Positions 8,404 to 17,347 of a DNA stretch of 64,000 bases are shown here, piece by piece. Position numbers and translations under genes: made by a program. How positions within the stretch are numbered: position 1 is the first letter of the stretch; each line of letters starts with the position of its first letter. The DNA is from an uncultured virus (IMG/VR IMGVR_UViG_3300013114_000208) (lineage: Duplodnaviria; Heunggongvirae; Uroviricota; Caudoviricetes): the IMG/VR virus record IMGVR_UViG_3300013114_000208, positions 1 to 64,000 of that record; one strand, written 5' to 3'. The notes beneath the pieces were generated by a model. The model saw only the letters and a list, made by a program, of their open reading frames with translations. It was not told where the DNA came from and searched no databases.

Positions 8404-8443
8404 GGCAGGCAGGAACGGGCGCAATGCCTCAGTACTGCCTGCC
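8404..8443 (+). other. GC-rich stem-loop between the AAA and VWA genes (terminator or RNA element)
   Basis: GGCAGGCAG (8404-8412) pairs with CTGCCTGCC (8435-8443); inner GGGCGCAATGCC; no clean U-tract. Confidence 0.55.
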
Positions 8444-8444
8444 A

Positions 8445-8500
8445 ATTCAAGCACTTACAGCACTATTTTCCGTGACAGATTAGCAGATAAATGCTATAAT
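8445..8500 (+). promoter_or_regulatory. Early sigma70-type promoter with one IHF-like box
   Basis: ATTCAAGCACTTA 8445-8457; GTGACA 8472-8477, 17 bp, TGc-TATAAT 8492-8500; 17-mer TCAAGCACTTACAGCAC identical to 1674-1690. Confidence 0.72.
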
Positions 8501-8529
8501 ATAAGTATATTAAATGGTAATATAGACAT

Positions 8530-9819
8530 ATGACCTCCCCAAGTTCAACTACCGCTGATAGCAAATTAGCAAAGAATCCTAATCTAGAGATTGGGTTTGA
8601 AACTGACTGGGATCTTGATAAAGAAATTCGAGAGTCCCTTACTACAGCACGAATTGGGCTGTTGCTCAAAGAGCCGTTTTTCGGTAATTTGGCTACACGC
8701 CTGACACTCGTAAATGCTGATAGATGGTTGCCTACCGCCGCTACAGATGGCCGTAGGTTTTACTATAACACGAAGTTCCTGAAACAATTATCGCCGAAAC
8801 AGATAGAGTTTCTGTTTGGGCACGAAGTCCTTCACGTAGTGTATGATCACATTGGTCGCAGAGGCGAGCGTGATGGGCAGTTATCAAACATTGCCGCAGA
8901 CTACTGCGTAAATGGTGATTTGATACAGCACAAAATTGGTGAGCCAATTGATGTGGTTCCCATTATACACGATTCCAAATACTACGGCCAGTCGTTTGAA
9001 GAAGTATATGACGACTTATACGAAAATGTTGAGAAGATTGACATAGAAGATCTGCTCGACAAAGTCCTTGACGACCACCTTGATGATGATGGTGAGGGTG
9101 GTGGCAGTGGTGATGAGCAGGGCGCAGGTGATCGGCCAGTCCTTTCCGACCAAGAGCGTAAAGAGATTAAGGACGAAATGAAAGAAGCAATTCTCAGTGC
9201 CGCACAGACTGCTGGTGCTGGAAATATTCCTGCTGGTGTTGCTCGGATGATTAAGGAATTAACCGAGCCCAAAATGAACTGGCGGGATTTGTTGGACGTC
9301 CAAATTAAGAGCACCATTAAAAGTGATTTTAGTTGGATGCGACCCAATCGCAAGGCGTGGCATACGGGCGTTATGTTGCCGGGTATGGTTCCAGACGAAA
9401 CGATTGATTTAGTAGTTGCTATTGATGTTAGCGGTAGCATAAGCGAAGACATGGTGCGTGATTTCCTCTCAGAGATTAAAGGCATTATGGACGCCTACAC
9501 TACGTTTAACATTAAGGTCTTCTGCTTTGATACTGAAGTATATAATGAAGCGGATTTTACTGCCGACAACTTACATGACATTCACAGTTATGAAATAGTT
9601 GGTGGCGGTGGAACTTCTTTTGAAGCAGTATACGAGTATCTAAAAGAGAATGCCATTGAACCTAAGAAGTTAGTTATGTTCACAGATGGTTATCCGTGGG
9701 GTTCATGGGGCGATGAGAAGTATTGTGACACTTGTTTTATAATACACACTCACCGCATTGAAGGAGCACCGGTACCGCCGTTTGGTGCCCATGCTTACTA
9801 CGAAACCCACATGTCATAA
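8530..9819 (+). CDS. DUF2201-like metallopeptidase + VWA domain protein (AAA partner)
   Basis: TAATDG, HEVLH (HExxH), N.AAD..VN, MIDAS DVSGS, GGGGTSF, FTDGY. Confidence 0.9.
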   Translation: MTSPSSTTADSKLAKNPNLEIGFETDWDLDKEIRESLTTARIGLLLKEPFFGNLATRLTLVNADRWLPTAATDGRRFYYNTKFLKQLSPKQIEFLFGHEVLHVVYDHIGRRGERDGQLSNIAADYCVNGDLIQHKIGEPIDVVPIIHDSKYYGQSFEEVYDDLYENVEKIDIEDLLDKVLDDHLDDDGEGGGSGDEQGAGDRPVLSDQERKEIKDEMKEAILSAAQTAGAGNIPAGVARMIKELTEPKMNWRDLLDVQIKSTIKSDFSWMRPNRKAWHTGVMLPGMVPDETIDLVVAIDVSGSISEDMVRDFLSEIKGIMDAYTTFNIKVFCFDTEVYNEADFTADNLHDIHSYEIVGGGGTSFEAVYEYLKENAIEPKKLVMFTDGYPWGSWGDEKYCDTCFIIHTHRIEGAPVPPFGAHAYYETHMS

Positions 9820-9839
9820 ACCAAATTGAGTGTAAAGTA

Positions 9840-10058
9840 ATGACAATTCGTAAAAAACGACGCAAAAAAGAACTTGTGATTGATATCACAGGGCCTGATG
9901 GTAATGCATATGCATTAATGGCCTACGCAGAACGTTTTGCAAGACAGTTGGGACTTGATTCTGAAAAGATTATTAAAGAAATGATGTCAAGTGATTATGA
10001 AAACTTGCTTCAGGTCTTTGATAGTAATTTTGGTTCTTTTGTAATTTTAGAAAGATAA
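9840..10058 (+). CDS. Conserved small phage protein
   Basis: IDITGPDGNAYALMAYA…EMMSSDYENLL..FD..FG. Confidence 0.8.
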   Translation: MTIRKKRRKKELVIDITGPDGNAYALMAYAERFARQLGLDSEKIIKEMMSSDYENLLQVFDSNFGSFVILER

Positions 10059-10072
10059 ACGAGGTTAAGGAA

Positions 10073-12166
10073 ATGAAGAAGATTTCATTGTCGATGTTGT
10101 ATTTGTATGCTGTAGGTGTTGTATTGGTGTTAGGGTTGTTTATGCCATTTGATGCACATGCTGGAGGTTTGAGTAACAATTATTCATTCAAAGCAGGGCA
10201 TGGAAACATTCCCAATATATGGAAATATGTGTATGATCATAACAATTACGTTTCACGTGATTGGAATGGTGATGGCAAGAGTGATGTGTTAAATCTACAA
10301 TCTGCTTACTCGTGGAATAGAAATCACAGTGTGAGTCCAATTGTTAGGCCTTTTGTTTTTATGAGTAGGCCTGATGGCTCTTATCATGTGCAATGGAGGG
10401 GTGGATCTATTCGTAATCTTACAACAGAATGGTATGGAGATTACTTTTCTAAACGAGCAATTATTGTAGGGCACGGCAACCCATACACCGATGACGTAAT
10501 GACGCCACTCAATTGCACTAGTAGCAATTGCGTACCGTTCTCTGGTGTCAGGGCAGTAATGCATCATGCACTCGTTGAAGATATAGATAAAGATGGAAAA
10601 CTGGACTTAATTACGTTTAAGGCAGGGACTTCAATATTTTCTAATTTCCAACCAGGAGCATTTGGTAATCATCCAGGTAATGGCATAGCACAAAGTTTAG
10701 GTGTATGGTCAGGAAATACTGGCGCATTTACTGGTGCTTTTCTAGATTTAGATGGTGATGGTTATAAGGAAATGATTACTGTTGGAGAGGCACGACCAAC
10801 TGCTCATCAATTAAGTGGCGGTGGCGTAGTTCCTGGTGGTGGTCTAACTGTATGGAAAAATCATGGCGGGAAAAATTTTACTGTAATACAGAAATTGCCA
10901 GGTGGCCCAGGAGCAATGTACGGCAGGTTAATACTTAAAAACGGTAATGACTTACTTGTATATGGCGAGTGTGGTGATGATTGCACACAGAATAGTTGGA
11001 TGAGAGTATATACCAGAGGTGGCGGTAAATTACACAAAAAACAACAGTTCAATATTGGTGCAATAGTTGGGTCTTGGTCAAAAGGACATCCGCCAAGGTT
11101 GCTAGATATTAATGGTGATGGCCATAAAGACTTATATGTCAATCACTACAGAAATTTTGGAGGTAGTGTAGGAACTCAGCATGGTGGCATTTGGTTAAAC
11201 AATGGCAACGGTACTTTCCGCAGACTTGGAACTCCTATTTTTGCTGGGATACCTAAAGCAGGTATGAATGGAATGCTTATGCCAGTTCATGCTAATGGTG
11301 ATCGCCGATTAGATTGGATTGTTGTATACCAAGATGGCACTTTTGGAACATTATTATCACCAGGTGGTAGTACTGGCCAAATCAAAGTAAAAGTGAACGA
11401 TATTACTGGTAATAAAAAGAACAATAACAATACTGCTCAACGTGAAGCCGGTAGCAGAGGCGATCGTTTTTGGCAGTTGGGTTTTGTTAAGGATCAGTTA
11501 AGTGTCATGAACAATAGCATTATTAATAGCAATAATGTTGGCTTCTCATTTAATGACACAACTATGTTTAAAGCATTTGAGTTTGGTAAAGATAACTCAT
11601 TCAACTTTGGCATAGGACAGCCTGATGAATACGGCCAAGTAGAAGACTTTGTAGCAGGCATGTCGTTTGGTGCTACTGATATAGCAGTCGCTACTGACAA
11701 CACACTACTTGGCTGGGCACCAGGACAGAGTTTGCTTAATATGTCAAATTTAGAGTCTCGATACATTAACATACGGCGCTCTAAGAGTATTAAAGATTGG
11801 ACTTTAAGTGGTAACATGACTTACGCATTGGCACAGGGTGATGCTGGTTATGGATATGTTAAGGGCATGGACGACTTCCATGCTATGGGATTTGGTGTTA
11901 GTGCTGATTATGCCATAGATGAGGATTCAGCCGTTAAATTTGGTGTTTCACAACCCCTCAGGATAGAGCGTGGTGCGTTACACTTTGATGGCGTAATAGC
12001 AGACATGACACCAGACGGTCGAGAAATCGACTACACAATGTCCTACACAACAGCGGTAAGTAAATCTAGCACGTTCAACCTGCAGTTGAGTTACGCTAGT
12101 GATTATAATCATTACCGTGGTGAAGATAATGCCAAAGTAATGGCAATATATAAAGGGACATGGTAA
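10073..12166 (+). CDS. Secreted FG-GAP/VCBS-repeat protein with C-terminal outer-membrane beta-barrel-like domain
   Basis: Signal peptide ending DAHA; repeats DWNGDGKSD, DIDKDGKLD, DLDGDGYKE, DINGDGHKD, HANGDRRLD; amphipathic C-terminal strands, SQPLRIERG…PDGREID, terminal YKGTW. Confidence 0.75.
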   Translation: MKKISLSMLYLYAVGVVLVLGLFMPFDAHAGGLSNNYSFKAGHGNIPNIWKYVYDHNNYVSRDWNGDGKSDVLNLQSAYSWNRNHSVSPIVRPFVFMSRPDGSYHVQWRGGSIRNLTTEWYGDYFSKRAIIVGHGNPYTDDVMTPLNCTSSNCVPFSGVRAVMHHALVEDIDKDGKLDLITFKAGTSIFSNFQPGAFGNHPGNGIAQSLGVWSGNTGAFTGAFLDLDGDGYKEMITVGEARPTAHQLSGGGVVPGGGLTVWKNHGGKNFTVIQKLPGGPGAMYGRLILKNGNDLLVYGECGDDCTQNSWMRVYTRGGGKLHKKQQFNIGAIVGSWSKGHPPRLLDINGDGHKDLYVNHYRNFGGSVGTQHGGIWLNNGNGTFRRLGTPIFAGIPKAGMNGMLMPVHANGDRRLDWIVVYQDGTFGTLLSPGGSTGQIKVKVNDITGNKKNNNNTAQREAGSRGDRFWQLGFVKDQLSVMNNSIINSNNVGFSFNDTTMFKAFEFGKDNSFNFGIGQPDEYGQVEDFVAGMSFGATDIAVATDNTLLGWAPGQSLLNMSNLESRYINIRRSKSIKDWTLSGNMTYALAQGDAGYGYVKGMDDFHAMGFGVSADYAIDEDSAVKFGVSQPLRIERGALHFDGVIADMTPDGREIDYTMSYTTAVSKSSTFNLQLSYASDYNHYRGEDNAKVMAIYKGTW

Positions 12167-13425
12167 AAGAAACCGGCGCAAGATCGGTATTGGAGGAGCG
12201 GGCGACCCCTAGTGGGTTGCCCGTTTTTTCTGCGGACGAGTGGAAAGACTTTAAGAGTAAATTTGAGAAGAGCGAAGCGATAGACGCTCTTGCCAAATAT
12301 ATTGTGGAGAAAGAAGTACCATTTCCATTACAACAAATAACAGAACAAACAGTTACGGATAAATTTCTGAAATTAAGAAGCAGTGACCACAATAAATTCC
12401 TATATGGATACACTACAGATATTACGGATAAGTTTAACGATTATGACTACTCGGTACAACAATACTGTAAGGATGTAGTTGATTTAGGTCATTACTATAA
12501 CGATATCAGTAACTATTTCCATCAGGAAAACAGACTGCAATGTAATGGATGGAAAGACCCCAGTCCAATAGCAGTATGGAACGACGAGGAAAAACTACGC
12601 AAATTTAATTGGACATTTTGGCGTGAAGGTATGGTCAAGTATGTTGATGAAACAAAGTGGCGAGAGGCATTTAGACTCGGTGCGTATGTTGCTACACAAT
12701 TTAAACCTAGTGTAGCAAAGTATGTTTACAACAGGTTTAATGCTAAAACAATATTAGACAGCAGTTGCGGTTGGGGAGATAGGCTTGCTGGGTTTTGGGC
12801 AAGCAATGCTCACACTTATGTTGGATGTGATCCAAATCCGCAAACATTCCAAAATTATATGTCTCAATGTATATTTTATGAAGAAGCATTAGGCAATACT
12901 TGGTCAAACCAAATAGGTGATGACTACTTCCACTTTTCAGGCAGTAAAGAGGTACTAATATATCTCAGAGCCAGTGAAACGATGAATTGGCCACAATTAA
13001 ATTATGATTTAGCATTTACTAGTCCTCCATATTTTTGCACGGAGCGATATGCCGAGGGTATTGCAGAGGAAAATCAGAGTTGGGTTAAGTATGATGACTT
13101 TTATGATTGGTTAAGCGACTATTTGTTTGAGACATTGGATCGTATTAATAAAGTAATAAATCCTAATACTGGAGTAATAGCGGTAAATATTATAGACGCA
13201 AATATTAAAAACAAACGGCATAGAGTATGTGATCCCATGACGAAATATATGGAAACACTTGATATGCCATTACAAGAAGTAATTGGTATGCGGATGAAAC
13301 AACGTCCGAAAAATGAGGAAGGCGGAGACAAAGAGCATATGCAGGACTGTTTTGTAGAGCCTATATGGGTTTATAGTTCTTCAAATGAAAATACACAAAC
13401 ACAATTTGATAGGTTATTCACATGA
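12160..13425 (+). CDS. Amino (N4-C or N6-A) DNA methyltransferase
   Basis: Motif I ILDSSCGWGDRL, GCDPN, motif IV FTSPPYF. Confidence 0.85.
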   Translation: MVKETGARSVLEERATPSGLPVFSADEWKDFKSKFEKSEAIDALAKYIVEKEVPFPLQQITEQTVTDKFLKLRSSDHNKFLYGYTTDITDKFNDYDYSVQQYCKDVVDLGHYYNDISNYFHQENRLQCNGWKDPSPIAVWNDEEKLRKFNWTFWREGMVKYVDETKWREAFRLGAYVATQFKPSVAKYVYNRFNAKTILDSSCGWGDRLAGFWASNAHTYVGCDPNPQTFQNYMSQCIFYEEALGNTWSNQIGDDYFHFSGSKEVLIYLRASETMNWPQLNYDLAFTSPPYFCTERYAEGIAEENQSWVKYDDFYDWLSDYLFETLDRINKVINPNTGVIAVNIIDANIKNKRHRVCDPMTKYMETLDMPLQEVIGMRMKQRPKNEEGGDKEHMQDCFVEPIWVYSSSNENTQTQFDRLFT

Positions 13426-14147
13426 GAGCATTTATTTTTGATGTAGATGGAACATTAACTCCTAGCAGGAGTAAAATTGACCCCACGTTTGAAAAGTGGT
13501 TTATAGACTTTTGTTTAAGCCACGAAGTACATTTAGTTACTGGTAGTGACTATCCTAAAACACTAGAACAAGTAGGAGAGGATATAATCAATGCTATTAA
13601 GCGATGCTATAACTGCTCAGGTAGTAGTGTATGGGAAAATGGTGTAGAAGTATGGCATAATGAGTTTAGGATAACTGATGAGCAAGAGAAATGGTTGTCG
13701 GCACACCTAGCAGTTAGTAATTTTCCGTTACGCACTGGCAATCATTTTGAATACCGCACAGGTATGCTTAACTTTAGCATAGTAGGACGCAATGCGAACA
13801 GTGAAGAACGCAGAGAGTATGTCAAATATGATAAACGAACCCGTGAAAGATATCGCATTGCGGACCAGTTTAATAAACAGTTTGAAGAAGTATATGCAAC
13901 AGTTGGTGGTGAGACTGGTTTAGACATAGCACAACTTGGTATGGATAAGTCACAAATACTACGTGATTTTGACAATACTCCTATCACATTCTTTGGTGAC
14001 AGAATGGAAGAAGGAGGCAATGACTATACATTAGCAGAAGCATTGTGGAGGCGGCGTATGCCCGATCCGTTTAATAGAGATTATGTATACCACATAGAGG
14101 ATTGGGAACATACATGGCGAACACTAGAAAACCTTACCAAGTCTTAG
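13422..14147 (+). CDS. Phosphomannomutase, HAD-IIB (eukaryotic PMM-like)
   Basis: FDVDGTLT, VTGSD, EYRTGMLNFSIVGR, GGETGLDI, FFGDRMEEGGNDY. Confidence 0.85.
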   Translation: MRAFIFDVDGTLTPSRSKIDPTFEKWFIDFCLSHEVHLVTGSDYPKTLEQVGEDIINAIKRCYNCSGSSVWENGVEVWHNEFRITDEQEKWLSAHLAVSNFPLRTGNHFEYRTGMLNFSIVGRNANSEERREYVKYDKRTRERYRIADQFNKQFEEVYATVGGETGLDIAQLGMDKSQILRDFDNTPITFFGDRMEEGGNDYTLAEALWRRRMPDPFNRDYVYHIEDWEHTWRTLENLTKS

Positions 14148-14341
14148 CGTGGACCGCGTCATCAGTATTAGTAATAGGTTCTTTACTGGCGGCGTTTAAT
14201 ATACATCCATTATACATTTATGTATTTCTATTAGCAAACGCTCTGTGGACTATTGTTAGTCTTTTATGGCGAGAACCTAGTCTTTTCCTATTAAATTTTG
14301 GCGTTCTTACTATATACATAGTAGGGTTAATATTCGGATGA
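14114..14341 (+). CDS. Small membrane protein (3 TM)
   Basis: Three hydrophobic segments; start taken at MANTRKP. Confidence 0.7.
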   Translation: MANTRKPYQVLAWTASSVLVIGSLLAAFNIHPLYIYVFLLANALWTIVSLLWREPSLFLLNFGVLTIYIVGLIFG

Positions 14342-14721
14342 GTCTATATAAAACTAAAACTATAAATCCATTAAACGTTACAGACGAGCGCGTAGTTCCT
14401 ACGATCCCACCTTATTTTACTAAAATTATTATTAACAAAAGTACAAAATCTGCGGCGCGATTCAAAGCCAGTGCTAGAGAAAAGAATATTGAACGAATAA
14501 ATCAATGGATATATTTAAATTTGGAAGGACGCTACGGCATACAAAAACAAATAGTAACAACGGATGAACAAGTATATATTAGACCTCCATCTAAACAACG
14601 TGCTGGACGTTTAACACAGGATGAACTATTTGATCTGATTTGGTACATAGAGTGGCAGATTGGATTTGAAATCCCTAATGAAGCGAGTTATTTTGCTTTA
14701 TCCTGTGAGTATCTTAGTTAG
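14338..14721 (+). CDS. Hypothetical protein
   Basis: 127 aa; INPLNV…WIY.NLEGRY…IGFE.P.E.SYF.L. Confidence 0.75.
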   Translation: MSLYKTKTINPLNVTDERVVPTIPPYFTKIIINKSTKSAARFKASAREKNIERINQWIYLNLEGRYGIQKQIVTTDEQVYIRPPSKQRAGRLTQDELFDLIWYIEWQIGFEIPNEASYFALSCEYLS

Positions 14722-15220
14722 GTGCCATCTCACCCATTAAACTTTTTTCCCACCTTCTACACATATTAATATATTCAAAAGTTTCTATAAGATGTTGCTC
14801 TAATAAACCATCTCTATAACCAATTGACTTACGAGTTTCTATTTTAGTATTAGAAAAATTAACCCATTCAACAAACATTTGTTGGATTTCTTCCTCAGTA
14901 AATCTTTCTACATTAATTAATGCTTGAGTTAATCCTGTAACAAATGCTTCAAATAAAACTCTATTTTTCTCTATTTTTTCTTCTATTTTAGCCAATACTT
15001 CTGGTTCAGGCGCTTTTAATACACTATTAATAATTTTATAGTATGTTAAATCTGCCTTAAGGGAGTTATTTGCCATTTGACACTCAACACCTTCTTGAAC
15101 TGTGTTTAAAAGCTCTTGAATTTGCTCTTCAGAGTAGTTAGGACCCACATCACTTTTTTCCTGTGCGGAGACAGGGATAATAAATATTAGTGACAATATT
15201 AAGGATATTAGTATTTTCAT
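14714..15220 (-). CDS. Secreted hypothetical protein
   Basis: Signal peptide MKILISLILSLIFIIPVSA; upstream GATAAGTA late-like motif (15226-15233). Confidence 0.7.
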   Translation of the reverse strand: MKILISLILSLIFIIPVSAQEKSDVGPNYSEEQIQELLNTVQEGVECQMANNSLKADLTYYKIINSVLKAPEPEVLAKIEEKIEKNRVLFEAFVTGLTQALINVERFTEEEIQQMFVEWVNFSNTKIETRKSIGYRDGLLEQHLIETFEYINMCRRWEKSLMGEMAPN

Positions 15221-15244
15221 AACAGTACTTATCAGGAGAACAAA

Positions 15245-15559
15245 ATGTCTGACGAAACAGTAGACCCATTAGAGCATACACACGACGACGGCACAACACA
15301 TTCACATGAGGGTGGTGATCAAGAACACAATCATAATGAAGTACCTGCATTCAATTTAGCAGATTTAGCCGCAGTAAAACAAATTATTGAAGTAAGTTCC
15401 CGTAGGGGTGCTTTCAATGCCGCTGAACTATCGGCAGTTGGTATGACTTATGATAGATTAATAGCATTTTTACAACATCATGTTCCAGCACCAGATACAC
15501 CAGCTGAAGATGATGATACACCAACAGCAGAGATTGAACCACCTGCAGATGAGGAATAG
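15245..15559 (+). CDS. Hypothetical protein with His-rich N-terminal metal-binding tail
   Basis: HTHDDGTTHSHEGGDQEHNH, then DL…QIIEV.S.RGAF.A.EL..VG..YDRL..FL; AGGAG RBS. Confidence 0.8.
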   Translation: MSDETVDPLEHTHDDGTTHSHEGGDQEHNHNEVPAFNLADLAAVKQIIEVSSRRGAFNAAELSAVGMTYDRLIAFLQHHVPAPDTPAEDDDTPTAEIEPPADEE

Positions 15560-15568
15560 GAGAAATAT

Positions 15569-16138
15569 ATGAAACACGTTGGCAAGCAAATATCAACAAG
15601 CGACAAAGTAGTAGTACTTTTCAGGGAAGTTCCCGGCGAGCCAGATAATTGTTTAGTGGTAAAGACAAGATCGTTACCAGAGACAGAACACGACTCTTTA
15701 ATGGCAGTATTAGAGGGCCTTGAAGGGCAACAATCCAATCAATTGGCTGATGTGCTACATCACCATATGAATAAAGAAGGACGTCCTATTTTGGAAACAT
15801 TACATTCTACTCGCAAAATAATGAAACTTCCAACAAACGATGTAGCACTAACGCCTGATTCACAGAATGCAGTTCCATTAAATCAAGTAAATGATGCAAT
15901 TAGAGCAAATGAAGTAAGTAGTGATACTGGCAGTCCCGCCGTAGTTGCACAGCAAAGTCAAACAGAAGATGGAAGTGTAATGAGTGATGCACAAATTGCT
16001 GAAAGTCTTAATAATCAAGCTGCAATGATGGAATCAGAAGCGGCGAGGTTAAGAGAAGAGGCAGATGAGTTGATGCCAAAAACAGTCAAAAAGAAAGCAA
16101 CAACTAAAAAGAAGACTAAGGCTCGTGCCACAGCCTAA
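15569..16138 (+). CDS. Conserved hypothetical phage protein
   Basis: MKHVG…VVLFREVPGEPDNCLVV; coiled-coil, Lys-rich tail; AGGAG RBS. Confidence 0.8.
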   Translation: MKHVGKQISTSDKVVVLFREVPGEPDNCLVVKTRSLPETEHDSLMAVLEGLEGQQSNQLADVLHHHMNKEGRPILETLHSTRKIMKLPTNDVALTPDSQNAVPLNQVNDAIRANEVSSDTGSPAVVAQQSQTEDGSVMSDAQIAESLNNQAAMMESEAARLREEADELMPKTVKKKATTKKKTKARATA

Positions 16139-16448
16139 TGATAGTATTTGTTTAACTAGAGCATTTTTAAATAGGTGGGAGACAATAATAGAGGGGGTTG
16201 ATATAACCAACATACCTGTGGAATATATTGACCATTTAGTAGTACATACTATAGGTAAACAAGAAATTATTGTTAGTGTAGTAGAATTATTACAACAAGG
16301 CATTCCACCAGAAGATTTAGAAATTGCTTTAGAAGAACGAATGGAAGAATTTGAAGATGAAATAGTCTCCGTTGATTATATTTTAAACATCGGAAAAATA
16401 TCAACGGATATTCAATCAACCACAGACGAAACATTGAAAAATTTATGA
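16125..16448 (+). CDS. Hypothetical acidic protein
   Basis: 107 aa, GTG start, coupled to thyX. Confidence 0.7.
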   Translation: MPQPNDSICLTRAFLNRWETIIEGVDITNIPVEYIDHLVVHTIGKQEIIVSVVELLQQGIPPEDLEIALEERMEEFEDEIVSVDYILNIGKISTDIQSTTDETLKNL

Positions 16449-17347
16449 CACAAGTTAATGACATTGATTTTGAAAGCAGTACAAACTATGTAAAGTATTT
16501 GGACCACGGCTTCGTAGGACTCATAGACACTATGGGAACTGATGAGTCGATAGTCCAAGCGGCCCGTGTTTCTTATGGTAAGGGTACCAAAGGAACTAGA
16601 AACGATAGAGCATTAATAAGATATCTAGTTAAGCACAAACATACATCTCCCGTAGAAATGTGCGAAGTTAAGTTCCACTTAAAGATGCCTATCTTCGTTA
16701 TGAGGCAACACGTACGACATAGGACAGCAAACTTAAACGAGTACTCTGGAAGATATAGTGTTATGTCAGACGAATTCTATATCCCAAATAGAGACAATCT
16801 AAAGCCACAGAGTACAAGTAACAAGCAAGGCCGCGGAGGTAAACTACCTCCTATGGAAGAGCAGATGTGCTTTAATACTATTAAACGTATTGGTGCATCA
16901 AACTACGACGATTATTTAAGTCTTTTAGGAGAGCACCCGAACGACAATTATAACTTTGTAGATCGCCAAGGCTTGTCTAGGGAACTGTCTCGTATCGTGT
17001 TGCCACTTAACAACTACACAGAACTATATTGGAAAATAGACTTAAACAACTTTTTCCATTACACCAAACTACGAGCGGATGAACACGCTCAGTGGGAAAT
17101 ACAAGAACTTGCTCGCACAATGTATAGTTTAGTCAAAGAAAAGTTTCCAATTGCCTCTGAAGCATATGAAGATTTTATAGAAAACGCACACACTTTAAGC
17201 AGAATGGAAGTTGATATACTTAAAAGACTAATTGATAAAGAAAAGTGGCTTAACATATTAGAGGATTTTAGAGGCGAAGACGGCGTTGCTAAAAAATATG
17301 GTATAAGTAAAAGGGACCTTAATGAATTTAAATCAACTTGGCTATGA
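16445..17347 (+). CDS. thyX: FAD-dependent thymidylate synthase
   Basis: AARVSY, HTSP.E, signature RHRTANLNEYSGRY, HAQWEI. Confidence 0.95.
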   Translation: MTQVNDIDFESSTNYVKYLDHGFVGLIDTMGTDESIVQAARVSYGKGTKGTRNDRALIRYLVKHKHTSPVEMCEVKFHLKMPIFVMRQHVRHRTANLNEYSGRYSVMSDEFYIPNRDNLKPQSTSNKQGRGGKLPPMEEQMCFNTIKRIGASNYDDYLSLLGEHPNDNYNFVDRQGLSRELSRIVLPLNNYTELYWKIDLNNFFHYTKLRADEHAQWEIQELARTMYSLVKEKFPIASEAYEDFIENAHTLSRMEVDILKRLIDKEKWLNILEDFRGEDGVAKKYGISKRDLNEFKSTWL

